DNA of 64,000 bases from Bdellovibrionales bacterium (GCA_965217115.1 OZ244239.1:2048001-2112000); one strand, 5' to 3'. Shown: positions 27,779 through 36,948, counted from the stretch's first letter. Numbers and translations: made by a program. The notes: generated by a model not told the origin, from the letters alone.

Positions 27779-29116
27779 ATGATGTTTAAATTTATCATTC
27801 TTAGCTTCTTTTTTCAGACTTCATTGTTTGCTCAGCCAAAAGAGGCTTCATTGTTTACTCGGGGACAAGACCATTCTTTTGAGAGGTTCTTTGATGTCAG
27901 CCAAAGTAAATGTGGAGGCGCAAAAAGTAGTATTGACTTGAGGCAAAAGGGTAATTCAATGTATGGAATTCCCGTATTAGATCAAAATGGGATAGCATGC
28001 TGCTATGCCTATTCCGCAGCTGTGATGGTCTCTGCGTGGTTAAACTCCAAGCTTCCTGTAGGGGTAAATAAAATTGATCGTGCAAAAAAAACTCTATCTC
28101 CATTTATAGCATGTGAAACCACCACAGTTTATGGGGTCAAAGAAGATGACAAAGAAGAATGTAATAATGCTCATATCTGTCATGTTGCAAATTCTCTAAA
28201 AAAAATGGGCGGCTGTTATGCCAATACAGTTTTGTTTAAGAAAAATGGCTTAAAAAACTGGATAGATCGACCAACCGAAGCTCAGTCATGTGACAGATGT
28301 GTTAGATGGGAGTCAGGAGGAGAATTAGAAGTAATTAATAACCGGATTAAGCAGTTTCAAATGCTAGGAAATCAGGTCAGTACTAACCTGTCCTATAGTG
28401 AGAAAGAAAAGGCCAGGTTGCTAATGGCAGAAACGGATAAGATTGATTCTTTGATTTACTCTGCTCACGGTAGTTTGGCCAGAGATACAAAGAAGATGTC
28501 TATTTCATCGGCTCTAACTATGCCCTCTACTTTTCCTGTTTTGGCTCCTTTGTGCATAAAAAAGGAAAAAGATGGGAAAATAATATATTACGGTAATCGT
28601 CAAATTTTACCAAGCGAATCTTTTAAGTGTGATTATAAAATTTCAAAAGATGCTATTGAGAATGGGTACTGTGGCATTAAAGGGAAAGGTTCTTCTCAGA
28701 AAGACTTTTTAGATTTTATCAATGATGAGTTTGACAATAATTCCAATCCTCAGCCAATAGGTATCGATTATTGTTGGGCTTTTTTATTAGAAGGCTTCAA
28801 AGGTATTCTGAAGTCTAGGAGATTAAGTGATGGATTTTGCTTATTGAATGGAAAGGATAAGCCAGATCATAAATCATTAATTATTGGAAGGCGCTGGAGT
28901 AAGCAAAAAAATCGTTGTGAATATTTACTGAGAAATTCTTGGGGGAATGACTGTGGGTCTTATTTTTATGATAAGAATTTGTCAATCAGTCATGATGATA
29001 ACATGTTTTATAGTTCTTGTATTAAAGAGTTAAAGAGAACTGGTTATGCAGATGTTTGGATTCCTGCAGCGGCCTTATTACTAAATACAGATGGAGTTTC
29101 AAAATTAAGAAAATAA
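27779..29116 (+). CDS. secreted papain-like (C1) cysteine peptidase
   Basis: 'LDQNGIACCYAYSAA' (Gln/Cys), 'DHKSLIIGRRW' (His), 'LLRNSWG' (Asn); signal peptide from ATG 27779. Confidence 0.8.
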   Translation: MMFKFIILSFFFQTSLFAQPKEASLFTRGQDHSFERFFDVSQSKCGGAKSSIDLRQKGNSMYGIPVLDQNGIACCYAYSAAVMVSAWLNSKLPVGVNKIDRAKKTLSPFIACETTTVYGVKEDDKEECNNAHICHVANSLKKMGGCYANTVLFKKNGLKNWIDRPTEAQSCDRCVRWESGGELEVINNRIKQFQMLGNQVSTNLSYSEKEKARLLMAETDKIDSLIYSAHGSLARDTKKMSISSALTMPSTFPVLAPLCIKKEKDGKIIYYGNRQILPSESFKCDYKISKDAIENGYCGIKGKGSSQKDFLDFINDEFDNNSNPQPIGIDYCWAFLLEGFKGILKSRRLSDGFCLLNGKDKPDHKSLIIGRRWSKQKNRCEYLLRNSWGNDCGSYFYDKNLSISHDDNMFYSSCIKELKRTGYADVWIPAAALLLNTDGVSKLRK

Positions 29117-29484
29117 GTTGTGTTTTTTTATTGCTAACGTACTCTTTTTCTCTTGTTGCAGCTGGTGAAAGAAAGGTTTATCTTTATTCAGGGAAAAAAA
29201 AGCTTACATTTATTTTTAATGAAAAGAAATCTTTATTCCTTTCTCAAAAGTGTTTTGTTGGGAAAAAGAATAGCTGCCAAGCATTGTCTGTTTTAAATAG
29301 GAAAATATCTCTAAGAAGTCTTTATTTAAAAGGAGGACAGAATCCAGGTGTTGCTCTATGTAAGAAAATAAAAGGAAGCGTTATTTATCTAAAAGATCAA
29401 AACAGGAATGAAATAACGTTTTGTGTTTTTAAGGATAAATCAATGGTTAGCTCAGGGACGCTGACTCATTATCTTTTGAAGTAG
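29056..29484 (+). CDS. small secreted DUF333-like Cys protein (start uncertain)
   Basis: 'GGQNPGVALCKKIKG...FCVFKDKSMV' resembles the NP-x-C...C-x-F/L-x-D DUF333 pattern; overlaps the 3' end of the peptidase gene. Confidence 0.55.
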   Translation: MDSCSGLITKYRWSFKIKKISCVFLLLTYSFSLVAAGERKVYLYSGKKKLTFIFNEKKSLFLSQKCFVGKKNSCQALSVLNRKISLRSLYLKGGQNPGVALCKKIKGSVIYLKDQNRNEITFCVFKDKSMVSSGTLTHYLLK

Positions 29485-29676
29485 TTTTTATCTCGGAATT
29501 AATATGTCTAATTAATAAGGTGCATCCCAAATCTCTAGGTTTAAATAACTAACTAGTTTATCAAAGTTAGGGAAAGATGAAGACATCGTTTAATTAGCAG
29601 TGTTTTTTTGTTCAAAAATCTGTGTTGAGTGAGAGTTTATTGACAATATTCGTTAAGAACTTTAAAGATTTGTAGG

Positions 29677-29696
29677 TGTCTAGCAATTGCTAGACA
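29677..29696. promoter_or_regulatory. perfect 20-bp palindrome, putative operator
   Basis: TGTCTAGCAATTGCTAGACA lies just downstream of TTGACA(29640)-17-TAAAGA and upstream of the GNAT gene. Confidence 0.55.
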
Positions 29697-29764
29697 TATA
29701 GCAAAAAGGGTCACAGTAGATGGTTTTTTTAATAAAGAGCTAAGGGTTATTTAGGTATTAGAAA

Positions 29765-30331
29765 ATGGCAAAAATAGAACCAAAAACGGTGAAACTAAAA
29801 GATGGGTCATCTGTTATTTTACGTTCTCCTAAGAAAGAGGATGTTTGTGAGCTTATTAATTGCTTTAAAGATATTTTTGAGAACAGCCTTTATATTGTAA
29901 CTGAACATGATGAATTTAGGGCTGATCCTAAGAGGCAAGAACAATGGATTTCTAGCTTTGATGAAAAAGCAGGTTCAATCTGTATTATTGCTGAACACAA
30001 TGGTATTTTAGTAGGCAACCTAGATTTTAGAAGCAATGAAAATAGAAAACGCATTGCCCATCGAGGTTCATTTGGTATGGGAGTAAGAAAGGGTTGGCAG
30101 AGTAAAGGGCTTGGAAGGCTTCTTCTTGAGGAGCTTATTGCCTGGACCAAGCAAGAAACGAATGCCATTGAAAAAATTGAGTTGACTGTATTAGAAAAAA
30201 ATAAACCAGCTTATCGGCTCTATGAATCTTTGGGTTTCCAAGAAGAAGGACGGGTTTTCAAGGAAGTTAAACTTCCTTCTCGGGAATATATTGATGGTGT
30301 CCATATGGGGCTGTTTGTAGGTGAAGGATAG
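29765..30331 (+). CDS. GNAT N-acetyltransferase
   Basis: 'HRGSFGMGVRKGWQSKGLGRLLL', 'NKPAYRLYESLGFQEEG'. Confidence 0.92.
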   Translation: MAKIEPKTVKLKDGSSVILRSPKKEDVCELINCFKDIFENSLYIVTEHDEFRADPKRQEQWISSFDEKAGSICIIAEHNGILVGNLDFRSNENRKRIAHRGSFGMGVRKGWQSKGLGRLLLEELIAWTKQETNAIEKIELTVLEKNKPAYRLYESLGFQEEGRVFKEVKLPSREYIDGVHMGLFVGEG

Positions 30332-30458
30332 TAGAGCGTAGAGAATTTAATTGTCTTGTTTACCTAGTGGTACTCAACCAAACTTGGCTTTCCACAACCG
30401 AAATCTTTAGTGAGATGCTCTGTTTGTCGTTTCTTTTCTCTTTTATTTAACGTAATGT

Positions 30459-30759
30459 TTAGAGTAATTTTCTCTTATTACTCACACTAAGAATAACCTT
30501 GGTCTGTAACGGCTTAGATTTATTGGGGGCAATCTCGTAAAAAAAACCCTGCTCTGACTTACTTATTTTTCTAATACGAATCACATCAGTGTGCTTAAAC
30601 TTAACCTGCTTTTTTGACTGTAAAACAATAAGGTTCTCAGTAGTTACATTAATAGAACTTTCTACTTTATCCAATTTAATATAAGTTATCGGGCTCAGGG
30701 AGGCAGGGATAAACAGGGAGACTCATTATACACACAATAAATAAAAGCAAAGTTTTCAT
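30459..30759 (-). pseudogene. frameshifted small secreted protein
   Basis: ATG 30759 gives MKTLLLFIVCIMSLPVYPCLPEPDNLY*. A shifted frame continues YIKLDKVESSINV... (the 30459-30674 ORF). Confidence 0.6.
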
Positions 30760-30950
30760 GTTATCAAGTGTAAGCCTATTACATTTAGAAAACAAATGGT
30801 TTATTTATTCCAGTCGTTTATAATTCCTGTGCGATTATAACTGATTTCAGTCCCATAAGGAAAGCGATATTTTTCTGAACTCAAGAAGAAAGGCCACTTT
30901 ACAGTGGCCTCGCCATGATCTTCTAGCTCTGTCGGCTGTGGATTGATTGT

Positions 30951-31265
30951 TTACATAGCGGAGTAGGTGCTGTTTTCTAAAATTTCAATTTGTCGTCTTA
31001 ACTCATCATCTCTCCTGTTCGCAGCACTTATAAGCTTATCAATCGCATCTTGCGATAGACTTTGAATTTTTGGCTCTTCAGAATTTTCATCTATGAATTT
31101 AAGTGTCGTAGCTTGATATTGAATACGTAATTCTTGAAATAACTCACTATCTCCAGATTCTTTAGCATCAAGTACTTGTACACGCAACTGGTCCAAATCT
31201 TGAGCAGTTACAGCAAAAGAAGGCATTGAAGTTAAAAGCGTCAATCCTAATAAAAAAAGTTTCAT
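30951..31265 (-). CDS. small secreted helical protein
   Basis: AGGAG RBS; signal peptide MKLFLLGLTLLTSMPSFA. Confidence 0.72.
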   Translation of the reverse strand: MKLFLLGLTLLTSMPSFAVTAQDLDQLRVQVLDAKESGDSELFQELRIQYQATTLKFIDENSEEPKIQSLSQDAIDKLISAANRRDDELRRQIEILENSTYSAM

Positions 31266-31524
31266 TCCCGTCTCCTAGGTTTTTACTCATTTGAGTAAGG
31301 TTTATTTATTCCATTGGTTTTAAATTCCAGACTATTATAGACTATTCTACGCTTTCGATGAAGGAATAATCTAAGGAATGTAATTTCTTCATTTTTTTGA
31401 GTAATCACTTTCTTTAAGATCAATGGGAATACAATTTTAAGCTCTCCTTAAACCTGTTTTAGCCGCTTCAAGCAGCAGGTTATCGCTGATCTGTCCCTAC
31501 AATTCAATTGCCATACGCTTAAAG

Positions 31525-31622
31525 CTTCTGTTCTTTTTCATAGGTCCTCCTTAGGACGAGTAGGACCACTTGTCACGCCACTTCTCAAGTTTTACGTGGT
31601 TCAGTTATTTGGGGAGAGGTCA
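31525..31622 (-). mobile_element. truncated IS3-like left end, second copy (inverted)
   Basis: Minus strand TGACCTCTCCCCAAATAACTGAACCACGTAAAACTTGAGAAGTGGCGTGACAAGTGGTCC...GGAGGACCTATGAAAAAGAACAGAAG. Confidence 0.65.
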
Positions 31623-32504
31623 GTATTTATATGGTACTAAAACTCCAAGATTGTCTTCGCTAAAGTACGGTGACAGACTAGTGATATTAATATCTTTAAT
31701 ATTATTTCTTACGATGTCTAAATAACTTTTTTTGTACGTAAACCTTATATAAGAATTCTTCCAACCAGTTTGAATAGTTCCAACTAATGGCAATACAACT
31801 ATTACTCGGTGTCCATGAGAATTATAGGATAAAGATATAATAACGTCAACTTCCTTGCTAAAGGATTCAAGAGTATGTTGATTTTCAATTATAAGTTCTT
31901 CAGATGTTACAAACACGGCGTGATAAATGCGTAGAATCTGGAGCTCCGTTCTTCCATCACTATTAGTTTTTGTAAAATATGCTGCATTATGCTTAGAGTC
32001 TCCTCCTGTAGCCACCGAAGCTCCTTCAATAGGATCTCCAGCCTCATTTACTACCCTAACTCTGAATTTTTGTGACACCATAGTGTAAGAAGATTTGTCA
32101 CTTACCGAATTTGTATCAAAATCAAAATAAAATGTATTATTTGGTAGAACCCTTTCACCCCCTTTAATTATTTCTAGAAGTTGTTTTTCATGACTCTCGA
32201 TAACCTCTATTCCCGTGTTTTTTAAGCAGTGCTCTTCTGAGAAAGATGCAGAGTTGGCATTTCCAGCAAGAATTTTCCACACTGTGGCATAGACTAAATT
32301 TGTAATTGTCTTTCCCTCATACTGTCCCAATGTATTATTACATTCAGGACATGTTATGTTCTTAAATGTTTTTCTTATATTATCATCCTTAATGTCATCA
32401 CTTCTGAGAAGGTTGATTCTTGACAGCATGGCTTTTACAATCAAATGCTCTCTGCTTGATGCGGTATTTTTATGACAATATCTACATATTTTTACATTTC
32501 GCAT
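31620..32504 (-). CDS. HNH-like Zn-finger nuclease domain fused to a carboxypeptidase-regulatory-like beta-sandwich
   Basis: 'CRYC...SSREHLI...CPECNNTLG' and later 'VRVVNEAGDPIEGASV...TKTNSDGRTEL'. Confidence 0.6.
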   Translation of the reverse strand: MRNVKICRYCHKNTASSREHLIVKAMLSRINLLRSDDIKDDNIRKTFKNITCPECNNTLGQYEGKTITNLVYATVWKILAGNANSASFSEEHCLKNTGIEVIESHEKQLLEIIKGGERVLPNNTFYFDFDTNSVSDKSSYTMVSQKFRVRVVNEAGDPIEGASVATGGDSKHNAAYFTKTNSDGRTELQILRIYHAVFVTSEELIIENQHTLESFSKEVDVIISLSYNSHGHRVIVVLPLVGTIQTGWKNSYIRFTYKKSYLDIVRNNIKDINITSLSPYFSEDNLGVLVPYKY

Positions 32505-32606
32505 CTACTTTATCTCCCTAAAACATATGAATAAACCAGTTTGTTATTTTTGCCCTACAAATAGCATTAGGGTTAAATCGGTCATTGGTTCGGATATGCT
32601 TATGAG

Positions 32607-32683
32607 TGGTCGGCGCGACTGGATTCGAACCAGCGACCTCTACAACCCCAATGTAGTGCGCTACCAAACTGCGCCACGCGCCG
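32607..32683 (-). tRNA. tRNA-Pro(GGG)
   Basis: Minus strand CGGCGCGTGGCGCAGTTTGGTAGCGCA-CTACA-TTGGGGT-TGTAG-AGGTCGCTGGTTCGAATCCAGTCGCGCCGACCA. Confidence 0.97.
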
Positions 32684-32737
32684 ATTTAAAAGTTGGAGAA
32701 AATTATCATACTTGTGTGAATGAGTAAAGCTCTTGGG

Positions 32738-33727
32738 TTAGATAAGGCCCATCCCTTGGACAGCGGTTTTTTCGTTACGAAGCTCATCGAGAGTGACTTG
32801 GAACTTGCCCTGTCCGAATTTGTTGTGGGAGAGACCCTCGATCACTTTGAGATTTCCACTTTCAACTCGACAGGGAAAAGAAAATATTAAACCGTTATCG
32901 ACACCGTATTCCCCAGAAGAACACTTACAAAGGGAGAAACTGTCATTATCAGGTGTGTCGTGGGTGAGGTTGTATACATTATCGACAATGGCGTTGGCGG
33001 CTGATGCTGCTGAAGATAGTCCGCGGGCTTTGATGATGGCGGCCCCTCTCTTTTGAACGGTTGAGATAAAATCTTCTTTGAGCCAGAGTTCATCATTGAT
33101 GACCGTGGCTGCTGATTGGCCATTGATTTTGGCATTGTAAAAATCAGGGTATTGAGTGGCTGAGTGATTCCCCCAAATAGTGACGTTGGTGACCTCTGTG
33201 ATGTCCACTCCAGCTTTTTGGGCAAGCTGTGTTTTGGCGCGGTTTTCATCTAACATCGTCATGGCAAAAAAACGGTCATTAGGAACATCAGGGGCACTGT
33301 GCATAGCAATGAGAGAATTGGTGTTACAGGGATTCCCGACAACGAGGGTGCGAACATCATTGGCGGCATGGTTATTAATGGCCTTGCCTTGAGGTCCAAA
33401 AATCCCACCGTTTACTTTTAGCAGGTCAGCTCGCTCCATGCCGGCCTTACGGGGAATAGCTCCAATCAATAGAGCCCAGTTGGTGTCTTTCATGGCGACA
33501 TTGAGATCACTGGTGCACACGATTTTTTTTAGGAGAGGGAATGCACAGTCGTCGAGTTCCATGGCAACCCCGTTTAGGGCGGGAAGTGCCTGTTCCAATT
33601 CTAAGAGTTGAAGCTCAACTTCAGTGTCATTGCCAAACATTTGGCCCGAGGCAATTCTGAAAAGAAGGGCGTAACCAATTTGTCCAGCTGCCCCGGTGAT
33701 CGTTACCTGAACTCTCTTTTTTGCCAT
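32738..33727 (-). CDS. mdh: malate dehydrogenase (cytosolic/type 2 group)
   Basis: '[10 protein letters not shown]', '[12 protein letters not shown]', 'VVGNPCNTN', '[12 protein letters not shown]'. Confidence 0.96.
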   Translation of the reverse strand: MAKKRVQVTITGAAGQIGYALLFRIASGQMFGNDTEVELQLLELEQALPALNGVAMELDDCAFPLLKKIVCTSDLNVAMKDTNWALLIGAIPRKAGMERADLLKVNGGIFGPQGKAINNHAANDVRTLVVGNPCNTNSLIAMHSAPDVPNDRFFAMTMLDENRAKTQLAQKAGVDITEVTNVTIWGNHSATQYPDFYNAKINGQSAATVINDELWLKEDFISTVQKRGAAIIKARGLSSAASAANAIVDNVYNLTHDTPDNDSFSLCKCSSGEYGVDNGLIFSFPCRVESGNLKVIEGLSHNKFGQGKFQVTLDELRNEKTAVQGMGLI

Positions 33728-33863
33728 TTAAACTCTCTCCATGTTATTTGTTTCGACTGACAGTCATCTTTATTTCAATGACACTCTGGTTATGCACATA
33801 AGAATGACGAAATATAACGATGTTTTACTCACTAGTCTAATGATTTTATAGATTCCTCTGTTT

Positions 33864-34541
33864 TTATTTAAAGCTTCTAGGGAGGGGGCTTTTGATTTCA
33901 ATGGAGCACTCATTGAGTGGCAATTTGATTTTGTGTGCATGTAGAAAAAGCCGTTCGTATTGTTCGTGATGTTCTGAGTACAATGGGTCGCCTAGTATCG
34001 ACATATCGTGTTCACTGAGATGCACGCGGATTTGATGGGTGCGTCCAGTGATGGGAGTGGCTTTAATAAGTAGCGACTCATCCCTGTTAACATCGAGTAT
34101 TTCGAAATGGGTAAGGGCTTTTTGTCCACCAGAGTGAACAGACCCGTGTTGATATTTTATTTTAGATTTATTTAGTTTATTCAATGGAGCAAGGTGATTT
34201 TCAATCTTCCAGGTGTCACCGATGGAGAGTTTTTCTTGAAAAACCGTTTTTGCGATGTAGGTCTTCTGAACGGTCTTGTTTTGAAAGGCATGGGAGAGGA
34301 TGTGGTTTCCCCGTTTAGTTTTAGAGAAGAGTATGACGCCAGAGGTTTGTTTATCTAGACGATGATGGAGGGCTAAGTATTGATGCTGATCTCTGGTTAT
34401 AAGAAACCGTTTAGCGGCATAATAGAGATTGGTCTGAGCGTCGGCAAGAGTTTCTTGGGTGAGAACTCCCGGAGGTTTATCTAAGGCTAAGAGGTCATCA
34501 TCTTCAAAGAGGATTTTTATGGGAATATCCTGCCAATTCAT
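33864..34541 (-). CDS. RluA-family pseudouridine synthase
   Basis: 'HRLDKQTSG', 'TGRTHQIRVH', 'GDPLY', 'RLFLHA'. Confidence 0.93.
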   Translation of the reverse strand: MNWQDIPIKILFEDDDLLALDKPPGVLTQETLADAQTNLYYAAKRFLITRDQHQYLALHHRLDKQTSGVILFSKTKRGNHILSHAFQNKTVQKTYIAKTVFQEKLSIGDTWKIENHLAPLNKLNKSKIKYQHGSVHSGGQKALTHFEILDVNRDESLLIKATPITGRTHQIRVHLSEHDMSILGDPLYSEHHEQYERLFLHAHKIKLPLNECSIEIKSPLPRSFK

Positions 34542-34685
34542 AGGGGAGTGATACCACGCTTCAAAAGAGTTGTCGATTCAGGCGCAGAGCGGCCTCAAAG
34601 TTTTAAAATTCAACTAGACAATACTTTGGGAGCAGATTAGCCTAGATTTTTTAGATTTTTTAGATTTTTATATATTGATATGTGT

Positions 34686-34774
34686 GCCCTGGTGGCGAAA
34701 TTGGTAGACGCACAGGACTTAAAATCCTGGGGCCGGTAACGGCCGTGCCAGTTCAAGTCTGGCCCGGGGCACCA
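34686..34774 (+). tRNA. tRNA-Leu(TAA)
   Basis: GCCCTGGTGGCGAAATTGGTAGACGC...CAGGA-CTTAAAA-TCCTG, long variable arm, GTTCAAGTC, CCA end. Confidence 0.96.
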
Positions 34775-34933
34775 TTGTTTTAGCTCTAATGAGAGAGAAC
34801 AATGTAAGAATGACATGGAAGAATGACGTTATTTGTTATTTTTATCTGACAAATGACAATTTGTGCCAAACCAGATTCGGTAAAATTCCTTTTATTTCAG
34901 TATGTTGAAGAATTCCCCCCCGGCTGTAATGTC

Positions 34934-34949
34934 TGGCACTAACGTTGCT
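34934..34949 (+). promoter_or_regulatory. sigma-54 promoter
   Basis: TGGCACTAACGTTGCT matches TGGCAC-N5-TTGC(A/T), about 40 nt before ATG 34991. Confidence 0.75.
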
Positions 34950-34990
34950 TTGTTATTGGTCGGAGTATTATCTTTAAGAGGAGTTATAAA

Positions 34991-36145
34991 ATGAGAGGCT
35001 TATTTTCATTAGTGATACTGTTAGCTTCATTTACGGTGTGGTCGCAAGGTACAGAACAAGAGATAGACCGTGAATTAGACAAAATATATGAAGAAGCTAG
35101 CCTCAAAGGTATTGAGGAGCCGAAGAAGCAGGTGATAACAGCAGAGGTTTCAGGGGAGAGTTTAAAGCCTTCAGAAAAACTTGTTTCCAGCGAGCCACTC
35201 TCTATCTCTAAAAGTGAACCCGTCGTCTCTAAGCAGAATAACATCGAAATCAAAAACGTTCAGACACAGGTTCAACAACAACCTTCGATTCGTATTCAAG
35301 CAAGACCTGTTGGGGAATCCCGCGCTGCTAGCTTGAGAAAAGCTCGTCAGGAAGCAGAGGCGCAGACTGAATTGAAGATAGTGGAGCGCCTTGAAAAATC
35401 TCGTATTGAAGATGAAAGTCGTCGCTCTAAAGCTCTTTTTGGCGGTGGTTTTGATTCCCTTCAAAGAGAAGAGAGCACAGAGCAAGTTAATAATGAGCCA
35501 AGCCTCAATATTAAAGAGGAAATTCGTGCTGCGATTTCAGACTTGAAGAGCAATGAAAAATCAATCCTCGATAGAACATTCTTCGGAGGATCTATTGGTT
35601 TTGGAGACTATCCCGATGCTATAAACATAGAGAGTAACTTTTCAGCTGGTTTTTCCATGGGAACAGTTTTTGAGGATAGAATGATCGCAGAATTGAGTTT
35701 TCTCTATGGAAATTACGAGATAGAAGAAGTCTTTAGTGGATCAAATAACGGTTTTCCTCTGATTAAGTCGATGGATCAATACTCAGTGGATGGTCTGTTT
35801 AGATATCAGTTATTGACCGGACGATTGAGACCTTCTGTAGGTGCTGTTACATCTTATGCCTATCGTTCTTACTCAGACTCTCAGTACTATTTGGCTGTTA
35901 GCGAAGGGGCCAGCTCCCACGCTATGGATATGGGAGTGGCAGGAAGTGTTGATTTAACCGTGAATTCACATTTTACAGTCAGTGGTGAGTATCGTTACCT
36001 GTGGAATATATGGAGTAAAACAAACAGAAACAATGATCCTTATCAGAATTCATCGTTTTCAAATAACTCCCATTCCTATGGAGGGCGGCCACTGGAAGAA
36101 TTTAGCCGTTATGTTTTTCTGTTGAGCGGTAAATTCAGCTTCTAA
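34991..36145 (+). CDS. outer-membrane beta-barrel protein with N-terminal coiled-coil
   Basis: Signal peptide, charged helical N-half, C-terminal beta-strands ending GKFSF. Confidence 0.75.
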   Translation: MRGLFSLVILLASFTVWSQGTEQEIDRELDKIYEEASLKGIEEPKKQVITAEVSGESLKPSEKLVSSEPLSISKSEPVVSKQNNIEIKNVQTQVQQQPSIRIQARPVGESRAASLRKARQEAEAQTELKIVERLEKSRIEDESRRSKALFGGGFDSLQREESTEQVNNEPSLNIKEEIRAAISDLKSNEKSILDRTFFGGSIGFGDYPDAINIESNFSAGFSMGTVFEDRMIAELSFLYGNYEIEEVFSGSNNGFPLIKSMDQYSVDGLFRYQLLTGRLRPSVGAVTSYAYRSYSDSQYYLAVSEGASSHAMDMGVAGSVDLTVNSHFTVSGEYRYLWNIWSKTNRNNDPYQNSSFSNNSHSYGGRPLEEFSRYVFLLSGKFSF

Positions 36146-36187
36146 GTAGGGCCTTTTTGTCCTGACACCCGATTAAAAACAAATAAT

Positions 36188-36220
36188 AAAGCCTCGGAAA
36201 ATTTCGGGGCTTTTCTTTTT
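36188..36220 (+). terminator. intrinsic terminator
   Basis: AAAGCCTCGGAAAATTTCGGGGCTTTTCTTTT. Confidence 0.65.
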
Positions 36221-36297
36221 GTCCGTATAGTGGAATGATAGTGAATCATTGAGTTAAGAGAACGGTTTGATAACAGCTATCTTAATGGGGAGAGGGT

Positions 36298-36948
36298 TTG
36301 ATTAAGTGGGTTCTGTGGATTTTAGGGCTATTCTTGTGGAGCAATGTTTTGGGAGCGAAGCTTGTAAACTCCATTGTCGGCAAAGTCAGTGATGAGCCTG
36401 TGACCTCTAGAGAGGTTTTGATAAATAAAGTCCTAGAGCAGACTCTCTACTCAAATGGGAATAAAAAATCAAATCGTAGGGGTTGGGAATTAACCATGAA
36501 TAGCCCTCGCTTTATTAGACAAGTGAGGATGACGTTACTTGAGAGAGTGCTGAGTATTGAGAGTCAAAAATTCTCTTTAGGCAAGGTCAGCCCTGGGGAA
36601 ATTAAAAAAAAATATGATAAGGTGAAGTCTCTAACTGCCCATTGGAAATATTGGTTGAGTTTAGAGGTCGATAAGGAGGAACTCACTGAGCTCATTGTGC
36701 GTAAAGTGAGTTCTAAGAAGTTTATTGGTTTCAGAGTTAAATCAACAGTTGTTCCCATTACTGAGATTGAAACGCGGACGTATTTTGAAAGAAATCAGGG
36801 CAAATTTGGTAGTTTGCCTTTTGAAGCTTTAAAGAAAAACATTAATATTTTTCTAAGTCGTAGAAACTCTAAACGTCGTTTGAAGGATTGGTTCTCTGTA
36901 CTCAAGAAAAAATACAATGTTCGCAATTTTGAGGCGAAAACACTTTAA
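36298..36948 (+). CDS. SurA N-terminal-domain-like secreted protein
   Basis: Signal peptide, 'VNSIVGKVSDEPVTSRE', 'ITEIETRTYFERN'. Confidence 0.55.
   Translation: MIKWVLWILGLFLWSNVLGAKLVNSIVGKVSDEPVTSREVLINKVLEQTLYSNGNKKSNRRGWELTMNSPRFIRQVRMTLLERVLSIESQKFSLGKVSPGEIKKKYDKVKSLTAHWKYWLSLEVDKEELTELIVRKVSSKKFIGFRVKSTVVPITEIETRTYFERNQGKFGSLPFEALKKNINIFLSRRNSKRRLKDWFSVLKKKYNVRNFEAKTL

Noticed and set aside
5229..32500. Classical integron or prophage
   Set aside because: No IntI or other tyrosine/serine recombinase, no convincing RYYYAAC...GTTRRRY attC sites, mixed gene orientation and no phage structural genes.
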